Part shown: one piece after another, positions 29,390 to 39,353 of the stretch
How positions within the stretch are numbered: the first letter of the stretch is position 1
How the letters are laid out: every line of letters begins with the position of its first letter
Origin: Polyangia bacterium
GTDB taxonomy: Bacteria; Myxococcota_A; Polyangia; JAAYKL01
Reading direction: 5' to 3'
Assembly: GCA_050287845.1 (NCBI GenBank)
Contig: JBNKCR010000077.1
Span: forward strand, 1-64,000
DNA: 64,000 nucleotides
Notes under the pieces: generated by a model
Databases searched by the model: none
What the model was told of the DNA's origin: nothing
What the model saw: only the letters and a program-made list of their open reading frames with translations
Translations under genes and position numbers: made by a program

Positions 29390-30841
29390 TCATTCATGAT
29401 GTGATTCAAGCCACTCGGTGTGAACAAACCCCTCTTCCGGGGTATCCACGCGCTGGTATGTGTGGGAACCGAATGCGTCCCGTTGGGCCTGTACCAGATT
29501 CTGGGGCAATCTGGCGGTAGTGTACGCATCAAAATAATTGAGGGACGCGGCAAACGCGGGCAATGGAATACCGCTGGCGGCGCCGAGGGCAACCACCTGG
29601 CGAAGATCAGCGATGCTGGCTTTCAACATTCCGGCAAATTTGTCGTCGAGAATCAGATTGGACAAATCGGGCGTTTTCTCATAGGCGGTCATGATTTTGT
29701 TCAGCAGCGATGCCCGGATAATGCACCCGCCTTTCCAGATGCGGGCGGTTTCCTTCAGATTCACCTGCCATCCGAATTCCGTTGCCGCGGCGCGAATCAG
29801 ATACAGTCCCTGTGCGTAAGCAATAATTTTTGATGCCAGCAGCGCGTTGTGCACCGTTTGCACAAAATTGGCGTTCACTTCGGGGAGTTCGGGTACGCCG
29901 GGCCGGATGTCTGAAAAGATGGGCGCCGCTTCCGTACGTGCATCTTTGAGAGATGACAACGTTCTGGCATCGACCGCTGCCGCAATGCTCGGAATGGATA
30001 CCCCAAGCGACAGCGCGGCCTGGTTTGTCCACTGCCCGGTTCCTTTCTGTCCGGCTTTGTCCAGTATCATTTCCACCAGTGGGTTGCCGGTGCGCCCGTC
30101 GATTCGGGTAAATACCCTGGCGGTGAGCTCCACGAGAAACGAAGACAATGGTCCCTCGTTCCATTCTGCAAAAATGTCTGAAAGTTCAGCCGCTTCTTTT
30201 TTCCCGAGGCGTCTGAGCAGATCGTACGATTCGGCAATGAGCTGCATGTCGGCGTATTCAATGCCGTTGTGCACCATCTTGACAAAGTGCCCGGCGCCAT
30301 CCGCGCCGACATGGGTCACGCATGGTCCGGATTCGGTATGGGCCGCAATGGATTCGAGAATGGGCGCAATGCGGTTGTACGCATACGCTGTTCCGCCGGG
30401 CATCAGACTGGGGCCCAGTCTCGCGCCTTCGGAGCCACCGGAAACACCCATCCCCACAAAGTGAATGCCCTTTTCGCTGAGCATTTTTTCCCGCCGCTGG
30501 GTGTCTTCATACCAGGAGTTGCCACCGTCAATGATGATGTCCCCTTCATCGAGCAGGGGCAAGAAACGCTCAATGGTCAAATCAATGGGTTTTCCGGCGG
30601 TTATCATCAGAATCATGGCCCGGGGGCGCTCAATTGCCGCTACGAATTCTTCTGCGGTCCGGGTGGGATGAAACCGTTTTCCGCTACCTTCTTTTTTCAC
30701 GAACGCGTCGGTCTCTTCATAGGTGAGGTTCCACAATGCCACGTCAGTACCGCGGCTTTCGATGTTTGCGGCCAGATTGGTTCCCATGACCCCCATACCA
30801 ACAACGCCAATGCTCGCTTTCGATTTGTTCTGTTCCATCAT
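29390..30841 (-). CDS. gndA: NADP-dependent 6-phosphogluconate dehydrogenase
   Basis: GMGVMG, IIDGGN, GVSGG, GHFVKMVHNGIEY, GQKGTG and QAQRDAFGSHTY. Confidence 0.97.
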   Translation of the reverse strand: MMEQNKSKASIGVVGMGVMGTNLAANIESRGTDVALWNLTYEETDAFVKKEGSGKRFHPTRTAEEFVAAIERPRAMILMITAGKPIDLTIERFLPLLDEGDIIIDGGNSWYEDTQRREKMLSEKGIHFVGMGVSGGSEGARLGPSLMPGGTAYAYNRIAPILESIAAHTESGPCVTHVGADGAGHFVKMVHNGIEYADMQLIAESYDLLRRLGKKEAAELSDIFAEWNEGPLSSFLVELTARVFTRIDGRTGNPLVEMILDKAGQKGTGQWTNQAALSLGVSIPSIAAAVDARTLSSLKDARTEAAPIFSDIRPGVPELPEVNANFVQTVHNALLASKIIAYAQGLYLIRAAATEFGWQVNLKETARIWKGGCIIRASLLNKIMTAYEKTPDLSNLILDDKFAGMLKASIADLRQVVALGAASGIPLPAFAASLNYFDAYTTARLPQNLVQAQRDAFGSHTYQRVDTPEEGFVHTEWLESHHE

Positions 30842-30860
30842 TTGAAGCTCCTTTGATAAT

Positions 30861-31562
30861 TTATTTCAGATTCAACAGTGAAGTGGCGGCTTCATCCACC
30901 AGCCATGTGGCGTTCAACACCAGCTGAGCCGGCCGCGATGAAGGGTCTATAGGTTTGGTGAAAACGTCCAGGAGGGCCTGCGCTTTTTCCGTACCGGCAG
31001 CCAGTATGAATGTATGTTTCGCATCCGCAATCACTTTCGGCGTTACGCTGATTCGCCAGGGCGGGGGTTTCGGACACTGCACCGCCATGGCCAGGGCAGT
31101 ACTGTGGGCAAACGCCACAGACCCGGGAAACAGTGATGCAATATGGGCATCCGGTCCCATCCCCAGCAGTTGCACATCTATGGGGGATTGCAATGAGGAC
31201 TCATATGCCTCAGCGGCAGCGCGTTTATCCAGTTCTCCCTGAATGCGGTGCACGGCGCCAAACCCATTGAATGCAGCGCCGAACGCATTCTGGGCCATCC
31301 GGTAGTTGCTGTCCGGATGATCCGCTGCCACACAGCGCTCATCTCCAAACAGAATTTCAATTCGGTCCAGTGGCAATGGGCCCACCGCTGTGGCGTCAGC
31401 CAACATGGTGTATACCGGTCCGGGGGTGGTGCCGCCGGCCAATGAAAGTCGGCAGACGTTGCTTTCCTGCAGTGTTTCCCGGATAGCGCCGGCCAGAAGA
31501 AACGCTGCGGTCTTTGTCAGCTGTTCTCTGGTGCGACAAATCACCAGATTTGCGGGGGTCAC
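30861..31562 (-). CDS. pgl: 6-phosphogluconolactonase
   Basis: LAGGTTP, FGDERCV, DSNY and LLGMGPDAHIASLFP; start overlaps the zwf stop. Confidence 0.95.
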   Translation of the reverse strand: MTPANLVICRTREQLTKTAAFLLAGAIRETLQESNVCRLSLAGGTTPGPVYTMLADATAVGPLPLDRIEILFGDERCVAADHPDSNYRMAQNAFGAAFNGFGAVHRIQGELDKRAAAEAYESSLQSPIDVQLLGMGPDAHIASLFPGSVAFAHSTALAMAVQCPKPPPWRISVTPKVIADAKHTFILAAGTEKAQALLDVFTKPIDPSSRPAQLVLNATWLVDEAATSLLNLK

Positions 31563-33046
31563 AGTTTCACCTCCGGCCCGTTGGTCCCGGGAGTGTACGT
31601 GGCCATGGGAATGGTGCCATCCTGTGCCCCTTCAAGCAGGGGCGCCACAAAACGCCACATCTGTACCACTTCTTCCTGCCTGGCGAAGAGCGTCTGATTT
31701 CCGCGAAGGCAGTCCAGCAACAGCTTTTCGTAGGCTTCCTGCTGCGCCTTCTCCTTGAAACTCCGATTGAAATCGAAATCCAGCTGAACCGGAGATACGT
31801 CCTCTTTCTCCCCGGGGGTCTTGGTGCCGATGCGCAGGGAGATGCCTTCTTCGGGCTGAATGCGAATGGTCAACACATTGGGTTCCAGTCTCATGCAGAC
31901 ATCATTTTCCCTGAAAAGGCAAAGGGGAACGGGGGTATATACGATTTCCACCTGGGTGGTTTTGCGTTTCAGATTTTTTCCGGTGCTCAGAATAAACGGC
32001 ACTCCGGCCCATCGCCAGTTGTCGATAAACAGTTTCACCGACGCAAAAGTAGGGGTTCTGGAATCCTTTGCCACGCCTTCTTCGGCGAGATACCCATCGT
32101 ACTGGGCCAGGGTCACATCGGATTCGATGGACGTCATATCCAGCGGACGGAGGGCTTTAAAAACCTTGACCCGTTCGTCCCGGATGTGCTCCGCTTCGAA
32201 GGAGTTGGGGGGTTCCATGGCACACAGGGCCAGAATCTGCAGCAGGTGATTCTGCAGCACATCGCGAATCACTCCAGCTTCTTCGTAAAATGCGCCCCGG
32301 CCTTCGATTCCGATGTTCTCGGATGCGGTAATCCGGACATGACTGATATATCGCCGATTCCAGATAGGTTCAAAAATAGCGTTCGCGAATCGGAAAATTA
32401 AGATATTCTGAACCGTTTCCTTGCCCAGGTAGTGATCCATCCGGAACAGTTGCTCCTCGTCCAGATATTTGTGGGCCAGTTCGTTCAGTTCAAGCGCGCT
32501 GGCAAGGTCCCGGCCAAAAGGTTTTTCAAACACCACCCGCGTGGGCGGTCCGGCGTTGTGGTGGGCGGGGGCAACCAGTCCGTTTTTTCCAAGGCCTTCA
32601 ATGATGGTTGCAAATGAAGTTGGCGGAGTGGAGAGATAGAACAGGTAGTGTCTTCCGGCGTTTTCTGTGCGATGGGTCCCGAGGGTTGCCTTGAGCCGCT
32701 CGTAACTCTCCGGGTTTTCGTAATCCACCTGGACATAGCTGATGCGTCTGGCCAGTTTTTCCCAGCATTTTCCGCTGAACCCGTTGCGGGAAAAGCGTTC
32801 CAAACCTGTCTTGAAACGGTCAAGCAGGCTGTCGAGGGTTTTGTTGCTGCGGGCAACTGCGACAACATGAAAGTCGTTGGGCAGCAGGTCGTCCACACAG
32901 AGATTGTACAGCGCCGGAATCAGTTTGCGCATGGCGAGATCGCCGGTTGCGCCGAAAATGACAAAGGTTGCCTCATGCAATGTCGGCCTGTTGAACAGAC
33001 CGCCAGCGTCCAATACGTTGGCTTTGGTGATGATAGATTTTTCCAT
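31559..33046 (-). CDS. zwf: Glucose-6-phosphate 1-dehydrogenase
   Basis: IFGATGDLA, EKPFG, FRMDHYLGKE, RDVLQNH and RWAGVPF. Start at 33046 or GTG 33061. Confidence 0.97.
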   Translation of the reverse strand: MEKSIITKANVLDAGGLFNRPTLHEATFVIFGATGDLAMRKLIPALYNLCVDDLLPNDFHVVAVARSNKTLDSLLDRFKTGLERFSRNGFSGKCWEKLARRISYVQVDYENPESYERLKATLGTHRTENAGRHYLFYLSTPPTSFATIIEGLGKNGLVAPAHHNAGPPTRVVFEKPFGRDLASALELNELAHKYLDEEQLFRMDHYLGKETVQNILIFRFANAIFEPIWNRRYISHVRITASENIGIEGRGAFYEEAGVIRDVLQNHLLQILALCAMEPPNSFEAEHIRDERVKVFKALRPLDMTSIESDVTLAQYDGYLAEEGVAKDSRTPTFASVKLFIDNWRWAGVPFILSTGKNLKRKTTQVEIVYTPVPLCLFRENDVCMRLEPNVLTIRIQPEEGISLRIGTKTPGEKEDVSPVQLDFDFNRSFKEKAQQEAYEKLLLDCLRGNQTLFARQEEVVQMWRFVAPLLEGAQDGTIPMATYTPGTNGPEVKL

Positions 33047-33113
33047 ACAGACCTTTCCCACAGAACACGATTTGTGGCTTTACAAAGAAATATTCAGCTA
33101 GCCGCTACATTAT

Positions 33114-33161
33114 CTTGCGTTACAGTATAATAACGCAAGCGCGAAAATAAACGTTAACGTT
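33114..33161. promoter_or_regulatory. Operator-like dyads upstream of zwf
   Basis: CTTGCGTTA-N8-TAACGCAAG (33114-33139) and the palindrome AACGTTAACGTT (33150-33161). Confidence 0.5.
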
Positions 33162-33546
33162 GCAAAAAATGGTGAATTGAAACGCGCAAGGGTGTGCCAT
33201 TGTGCGAGCGACAGTGGTTTCAGCCATTGGCTTTTTGCAGTATTGGCGTAAAGGCAGCGGCCGGGTGTTTTTCGACAAATGCTGAAATTCCGCACTGATG
33301 TCTTTCCTGCGCCATCGGGAACGAACTGTCATGATGGATGTGTACAGGCAGGTAAAGTCGATGGGTTTTTTTCATAAAAATTGCCCGGTTCCTTTTATCT
33401 GCCAAGCGTTTGAACACTCTTTTCTTTTGTTGGTGATTCGCCGGAGGTTCACGGGAACACGGTTCGTTTGGCGACTGGACTTCCCGGGTGACCGTTCCCA
33501 TATTTAAAGATTGTGTGATTGGATATTTTACGGACAGGAGGTTCAG

Positions 33547-33864
33547 ATGAATATCAGACCGAGGGAAGACGGATACGAATCGGATTCGGAAGAGGGGAAA
33601 GCGACTTCATCCGATGGGAGCCGGCAAGTGGTGCTGAGCCACGTGATTCAGGCGGTGGAGGAGTTCAAGAATAAGCTCGGTGACAACATTCTGTGTGAAG
33701 TCGATGTGACGGTGGACGGAAAATGGTGCACATTCGAGGGAACAGTGGACTCACAGGAAGTCCGTACGGCCCTTTTTGATTTGGTTCCCTGTTGTAATGG
33801 TAAGCGATTTATTGTGGACAGGCTTCATGTTACCTACGACCTCAGTGAGGTAAGTGAGGTTTGA
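33547..33864 (+). CDS. Small BON-like domain protein
   Basis: GGAGG RBS; VDVTVDGKWCTFEGTVDS...IVDRLHV; paralogue of 39036-39341. Confidence 0.7.
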   Translation: MNIRPREDGYESDSEEGKATSSDGSRQVVLSHVIQAVEEFKNKLGDNILCEVDVTVDGKWCTFEGTVDSQEVRTALFDLVPCCNGKRFIVDRLHVTYDLSEVSEV

Positions 33865-34063
33865 ACAGACGTGAACCGGGGGCGCCCGCGGAAGCGGGTG
33901 TGCATCGGCAGCCCAGGATTCTCTGGAACAGCATCTCTGAAATGGTCGGTTATCTGAATCGGCTCCGGTATGGTGCGGGTGGGCGTGTGGACCGGGGAAA
34001 CCGGAATCGAGTGACAGAAATTGTTTATCCCTAAAGATTTTACTGAGTTATCCGATATACATA

Positions 34064-35590
34064 TTGGAGATGCAGGTATTAGATATCACAATCCAGGCAG
34101 AAACCCCCGAAGCGGCCGCGCAGATTGCGCTCAGCAAGCTGACCGGTCCCGGTGAAAATATTCGTGTGACCCCTATTGGGGAGGGTATTTTCATTGCGTC
34201 CGTGATTGATTCGGATGCCAGTATTCAGTTCGATATATCTGAAGATCGTATGCGCTGTGAAGTGGTGTCGGTGCAGGAAGGCCGGGGAAGCGGTGTTCCA
34301 TTTAATTCAGCGTTGTTTGAGAGAACCCTGGCCGAGCAGGGTATTGTATTCGGAGTGGAGTCGGGGGTCTTCAGGCAGATTCTGGACAAAATTGAAGCAG
34401 GGGAATCCGCATCGGGCATCCTTGTGGCCAAAGGGCTTGAGCCCCGAAACGGCACCAGTGGGAAAGTGGTGTTGAATATCCGAAAGAATGTGGCAGCCGG
34501 AACCACCGGGGCCCATGGCCAGGTGGATTATCACGAGCGGAATTTTATAGAAACCGTGGCAAAGGATCAGTTGCTGGCAACAGTGGCTAGGGCAACGGAA
34601 GGTACCCCGGGAAAGGATGTTACCGGGAAGGTTATTCCTGCGAAAACCGGAACGCCGGCGATTTTCAAGGCAGCGGAAAACACGTATTTTTCGCCGGATA
34701 AAACCGAGGTGCGCGCTGCCATGGATGGCATGGTGAGCTATGTCCACAATGTGCTCTCCGTAACGGATGTGATGACGTACACCGGAGACATCGACTACGA
34801 AACAGGCAATATCCACATGACGAAGGGATCGGTCCTCGTTCGGGGCAGTGTGCGTCCCGGATTTGCGGTGGAAGCATCCGGTAATGTGGTGGTGAGCCAG
34901 AGCGTGTCCGAAGCCACTTTGCGGGCAGGCAGCGATGTGGAGGTGCGCGAAGGGGTCATTGAGTGCCAGGTGCACGCCGAAGGTTCCATCACCGTGAAAT
35001 ACGCGCAGAATTGCAAGCTGGAAGCCGGGGGCGACGTGGTCATCTCCAACAGCGCCCATAACTGCGAGATTATCTGCGGCGGGAAACTGGTGATGACCGA
35101 CGGTAAAGGAATTATCCGGGGAGGTTTCTGCAGAAGCAACAGAGGCATTTCAGTGAAACAATGTGGCAACCGGGGTGGCATCCGGACCGAACTATGCCTT
35201 GGGCCCCGGAACGACAGCGAAATCGAGTTGACGAAACAGCGCGCGGAAATCAACGACACGCTGTTTCATATTGCACAGTTTATCGGTGATCCGGACCATC
35301 GGTTGGGCAGTGAGCATCTGTCGGAAGAAGAGCAAAACGATATGAAGAAGGTGCTGAAAAAGCGCAATGAGCTGAAAGCCGCACGCATGCGAATCAACTC
35401 CATCCTCCACGCCATCAAGGAAGAGCACAGCTGTGCGCAGTGTGCAACGATTGAAGTTCTGGAGATGGCGTATCCCGGTACCGAAGTGCAGATTCGGGAC
35501 GCCAGACTGAGCGTGTCACACCCCCTGGCGAAGGCCCGATTCAGCTACGATGTGGACGCAGAAAAAGTGGCCATCACCCCCATTATTTGA
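34064..35590 (+). CDS. FapA/DUF342 family protein
   Basis: VAKG.EP.NG, GQVDYHERN, GTPGKDVTG, GDIDYETGNI, GSVRPGF.VEASG and YPGTEV. Confidence 0.88.
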   Translation: MEMQVLDITIQAETPEAAAQIALSKLTGPGENIRVTPIGEGIFIASVIDSDASIQFDISEDRMRCEVVSVQEGRGSGVPFNSALFERTLAEQGIVFGVESGVFRQILDKIEAGESASGILVAKGLEPRNGTSGKVVLNIRKNVAAGTTGAHGQVDYHERNFIETVAKDQLLATVARATEGTPGKDVTGKVIPAKTGTPAIFKAAENTYFSPDKTEVRAAMDGMVSYVHNVLSVTDVMTYTGDIDYETGNIHMTKGSVLVRGSVRPGFAVEASGNVVVSQSVSEATLRAGSDVEVREGVIECQVHAEGSITVKYAQNCKLEAGGDVVISNSAHNCEIICGGKLVMTDGKGIIRGGFCRSNRGISVKQCGNRGGIRTELCLGPRNDSEIELTKQRAEINDTLFHIAQFIGDPDHRLGSEHLSEEEQNDMKKVLKKRNELKAARMRINSILHAIKEEHSCAQCATIEVLEMAYPGTEVQIRDARLSVSHPLAKARFSYDVDAEKVAITPII

Positions 35591-37373
35591 AGCCGGGTTG
35601 GTATTCCATGGCGCCCATATCCTGCACAGCCACGTTGTCCCCGTCGCCATCAATAACGCGGTATCCCATGAGATAATCCAATGGAATGCTTTCTTCGATA
35701 TTGCTATCGCCATCCAGATCAACGCTATCCGCTGCGCCCACGCTGGCGTCACCCGCATCGATGCATCGGGAATTCGTAGCCAGACTGAAATCTCCGTTCT
35801 CCGCGTCGGTGAATCTGGGGTTCAGGTTCACGATGTTGGAATTGTCGCAGTCGGCTCCGACAAAAATCGTACACGGCGTTTGCAGCAGATTGTTTCGGAA
35901 GAGGGGCGTGGTGGCGGAACTGAGAATCTCGGGTTCGTCGTTTTTATAAAAGAGGTTGTTGGTCAGGATTGCGCCGTCAATGGTACCCAGATGAACCGTC
36001 CCCGAAGACGTTGACCGTACCGAGTTGCTGTACAGGGTATTGGCATCCATGTGGAAATTGTGGGCATCAGTGTACACAAACAGTGCGCCACCCACTGCGC
36101 CCCGGTTGTCTGTGAAGATGCTGTTGGTGACAGTGACTCCCTCCGAATCCACAATGAATGCGGCGCCGCCGGGACCGGCACTGGAATTGCCTTTGAACAG
36201 GGAGTGACCAATATATACGCTATTCTGGGCTGTCAGTGCCAGGGCGCCACCGTTGCCGCCGGTGGCGGTATTGTTCTCAAAGGAACATCGGGAAATTCGG
36301 CCACCGGTCCCGCTGGTCAGATACAGGGCCCCTCCGCGACTTTCCGCCGAGTTGTTGATGAAACGGCACTGCTCAATCACCGGCGCCATCCCGGCGGAGT
36401 AGAGTCCGCCACCGGAAGCGCCGGACTGCTGCGGATCGTTCGAGTCCACATTGTCTGCATTGCCCCCCTGGATGGTAAACCCGCTGATGAAGGCACTCGA
36501 GACCGCTGTGACCACATGATAGGTATTGTCACTGAGCGTATCCGCATCAGAGTCATCATCGTTTCCTGCGAGATCGCCGCTCAGAACAGTGATATTTTCT
36601 TTCACTCTCCTATCGTCGCGGACAGTCTCATAACCGGAAAATCCACCATACAGAGAAACGGAAAGTTTTTTCAGCATGAACGTTTTTGACCGCTCATCCG
36701 CAGCGTCCAGCTGCAGGGTGGGCAGATACGTACCCTTGGCTACCCAGATTTCGCAGGGGATATCCGCTCTGGCGCCATCAATGGCATCCTGGATGTGTTC
36801 AAACGCCACGCTCCATTGACTGCCATCATGGCCAGCATAATTGGTCATTCCCTGCCGGACATATAAAATGCAGTCGGCATCGGGGTCGGTGTCCGAGTGC
36901 GTGTCCGAGTCAGTGTCCGATTCGGAATCCGTTGCCGTATCAGAATCCACCACGGTGTCCGAGTCTGAAGATGTTTCGGTATCGTTGCTGGTATCGTCTC
37001 CGGTGTCGCTGCCATCGGTTGTGCCGGTTTCGGTATCTCTACCGGTATCCGTGTCGGTTTGCGTGTCGGTTTGCCCTTCCGTTGCGGTCTCTGAAGATGT
37101 CTCGGTATCTGTGGCGGTATCATCGTCGGACGCGGTATCTGTATCTGCATCGGTGGTGGACGGGGTGTCACTGTCGTCCGGAGCGGAATCATCCGAAGAT
37201 GTCGACGAGGAATCTGTATTGGCGCCGGTGTCTGTTGACCATGAAGTGGTGCTTTCGGTATCGGATTTTCCCCACTCCACAACCGGACCGTGGCTGCAGG
37301 CGCCAGTGAGCAGCAGAACGAAAGTGCATGAAACGGGTAAAAGAATATTGGAGAGTGCGCGTAAAACGTTCAT
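35583..37373 (-). CDS. DT-stalk lipoprotein with polymorphic-membrane-protein-like beta-helix and DMGA.E terminus
   Basis: LTGAC lipobox; acidic D/T tract; IWVAKGTY, LYGGF.G.E, F..N.A..GGA repeats, SRCIDAG and DMGAMEY. Confidence 0.85.
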   Translation of the reverse strand: MNVLRALSNILLPVSCTFVLLLTGACSHGPVVEWGKSDTESTTSWSTDTGANTDSSSTSSDDSAPDDSDTPSTTDADTDTASDDDTATDTETSSETATEGQTDTQTDTDTGRDTETGTTDGSDTGDDTSNDTETSSDSDTVVDSDTATDSESDTDSDTHSDTDPDADCILYVRQGMTNYAGHDGSQWSVAFEHIQDAIDGARADIPCEIWVAKGTYLPTLQLDAADERSKTFMLKKLSVSLYGGFSGYETVRDDRRVKENITVLSGDLAGNDDDSDADTLSDNTYHVVTAVSSAFISGFTIQGGNADNVDSNDPQQSGASGGGLYSAGMAPVIEQCRFINNSAESRGGALYLTSGTGGRISRCSFENNTATGGNGGALALTAQNSVYIGHSLFKGNSSAGPGGAAFIVDSEGVTVTNSIFTDNRGAVGGALFVYTDAHNFHMDANTLYSNSVRSTSSGTVHLGTIDGAILTNNLFYKNDEPEILSSATTPLFRNNLLQTPCTIFVGADCDNSNIVNLNPRFTDAENGDFSLATNSRCIDAGDASVGAADSVDLDGDSNIEESIPLDYLMGYRVIDGDGDNVAVQDMGAMEYQPGFK

Positions 37374-37374
37374 A

Positions 37375-38538
37375 CTAAAACCTCATCGTCACGGCACCGG
37401 GAACAACGGAGACCGCTGATTTCTGCTGGCGGTGTTTTTTCAGAAGCAAGACGCCACTGATAGTTGTGATCGTTGCCAGTGCGACCGTGCTGATCAATGC
37501 CGCTGTCGTCATTGTATCAAATTTTTCCACCTGATCTTTCAGATTGTACATTTCTCCCAGAGAAACATCATTGCCGTTAATTCGGCGGCTGCGGTTCAGA
37601 TTGTCGAGTTCATCATTCTTTTTGCCGGCAATCCCCCAGAAAATCGCCGTTGCGCCTCCTGTAAGCGCGGTGAGCGCCGCCGATGTGAAAAATGTGATTT
37701 GCAGAGGCTTCAGGCTGAGGGGCTCATTGCCGTTCAGCATGGCCGGGTTATTCTGCACGTGGAAAGGAACCGCGCTGGGAGCGGGCGGCAGAGGCTTGAC
37801 CGATGGTGCCTTCTTTGCCTTCAGTCTGATCACCGCTTCCTCCGCACTGCCAACCGTGAGGGGCTGTGAATGGATCACTTCACCGTACAGCACAATATCC
37901 ACCTGATGAGGTACCGATGCCGTTACCCGGAGTTCCCCGGTCAGTGGCACCGTTCCGCGCAAGGTATCATCCACATAAACTTCGGCCCCTCTGGGCGCGT
38001 CTTCCACTTCGATTCTGCCCACCAGTTCCCGAAGCAGCTTCACCTCATTCACCACCTCGGTGACGCGGTCGTCCGGAATCTGGTCTCCCCCCATTGCCAT
38101 ATACTTCTCGTAGGCCTCCAGCGCGAGCCCGAAGTTCCTGGCACCTGATTCAGCCTGCCCAATGCTGTACCACAGCGTCCAGACCGGATTGTGAGTGTAT
38201 GCCTGTCGATACAGGGCAGACGCTTCCCGGTAATTTTTGATGTTATAATTCTCGTCGCCGGCAGCAATGAGCTGCTGCACGTATTCTTCTTCAGATGAAG
38301 CGCTCACCGTTTGTGCCCGTAGCGGAACGGAAATGCACAGGCCCCAGAGAACCGCGATGCAGAGAATGATCGAATGCGCCCTGCGGTGCCGCGATACAAC
38401 AGTTTGCCGGTAACGGGGGGCAACAACTGAACGAAAACGGGAAAACCGAATGAATTCGAACCTTTCAGGTTCAATGGACCAACGGTTTCCTGAAAGCGGG
38501 GGTTTCGATGTCGGGGAAAGCCTGGAAGCGCGTACCAT
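37375..38538 (-). CDS. TPR + PEGA-like domain membrane protein
   Basis: TPR-like helices (YREASALYRQAY..LWYSIGQA); APRGAEVYVD; Pro-rich linker; two C-terminal hydrophobic helices. Ends 1 bp before the next gene; start uncertain. Confidence 0.8.
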   Translation of the reverse strand: MVRASRLSPTSKPPLSGNRWSIEPERFEFIRFSRFRSVVAPRYRQTVVSRHRRAHSIILCIAVLWGLCISVPLRAQTVSASSEEEYVQQLIAAGDENYNIKNYREASALYRQAYTHNPVWTLWYSIGQAESGARNFGLALEAYEKYMAMGGDQIPDDRVTEVVNEVKLLRELVGRIEVEDAPRGAEVYVDDTLRGTVPLTGELRVTASVPHQVDIVLYGEVIHSQPLTVGSAEEAVIRLKAKKAPSVKPLPPAPSAVPFHVQNNPAMLNGNEPLSLKPLQITFFTSAALTALTGGATAIFWGIAGKKNDELDNLNRSRRINGNDVSLGEMYNLKDQVEKFDTMTTAALISTVALATITTISGVLLLKKHRQQKSAVSVVPGAVTMRF

Positions 38539-39035
38539 TTAATATCTGTTCCTTTCTGCGGGCGATCGAACTGGCTATGGCAGAGGGTGAAATACGTCGC
38601 ACATTTAACCATAATCCGTAGTGAAATTCGAGTATTAATCTGTAAAAAGATCTTCTCTTGAATAAAAAAGTCGCAGTGGATCCCCCCGATATATTTGATG
38701 GGTAAAATTTTTCTTACAGTGAAATATATCACTCGGATGAAGCAAACGAGGTATTGTTTATTTTAAAGTGCGATAGTTTATTTTTATTAAAAAAAAATCA
38801 TGTTTCCGATATGACCGGGAAACCCTGTGCCGGTCAGGGATATCTCAAATGTTACATTCGTGTCACTGATAATTCAAAGGAAATCCTGGACATGCCTGTT
38901 CAACGTAGTCACACTTAAAGGGTCTGGACCGAATCAATGTGCCATTGCGTGCATCGGCAGGACCGTTGCGGTCACGTGATTCGGCAGGACAGGGGACTCG
39001 CACAGGATCTGGCAAGGGTCCCATGAACTCAACAG

Positions 39036-39341
39036 ATGGAGGAAAATGTGATCATAGAGAATAATCAGGAAGAAAGTACGGACCCACTCAAGCATCGGCG
39101 ACAGTTTGGGAACCTGCCGATTGACAACCTGCAACTGCAACGGGATGTGAATATCGTGACAGATAACCTTGCCGCTGACTCAACGTACGGCGTGGAGGTA
39201 TCGGTGGAAGGGCGCTGGGTGATTTTCGATGGAACGGTGGATACCCAGGATACCCGCATGGCGCTGTTCATGCTGGTTCCCCCCCGGGATGGCAGACGCC
39301 ATATCATTGATCGTCTGAATGTCACATATGACTTCAGCTGA
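39036..39341 (+). CDS. Small BON-like domain protein
   Basis: VEVSVEGRWVIFDGTVDT...IIDRLNVTYD; paralogue of 33547-33864. Confidence 0.7.
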   Translation: MEENVIIENNQEESTDPLKHRRQFGNLPIDNLQLQRDVNIVTDNLAADSTYGVEVSVEGRWVIFDGTVDTQDTRMALFMLVPPRDGRRHIIDRLNVTYDFS

Positions 39342-39353
39342 AATGAACAGGGG

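Noticed and set aside
33178..33199. Canonical sigma-54 promoter
   Set aside because: GG-GC spacing is 9, not 10; kept only as a repeated motif.
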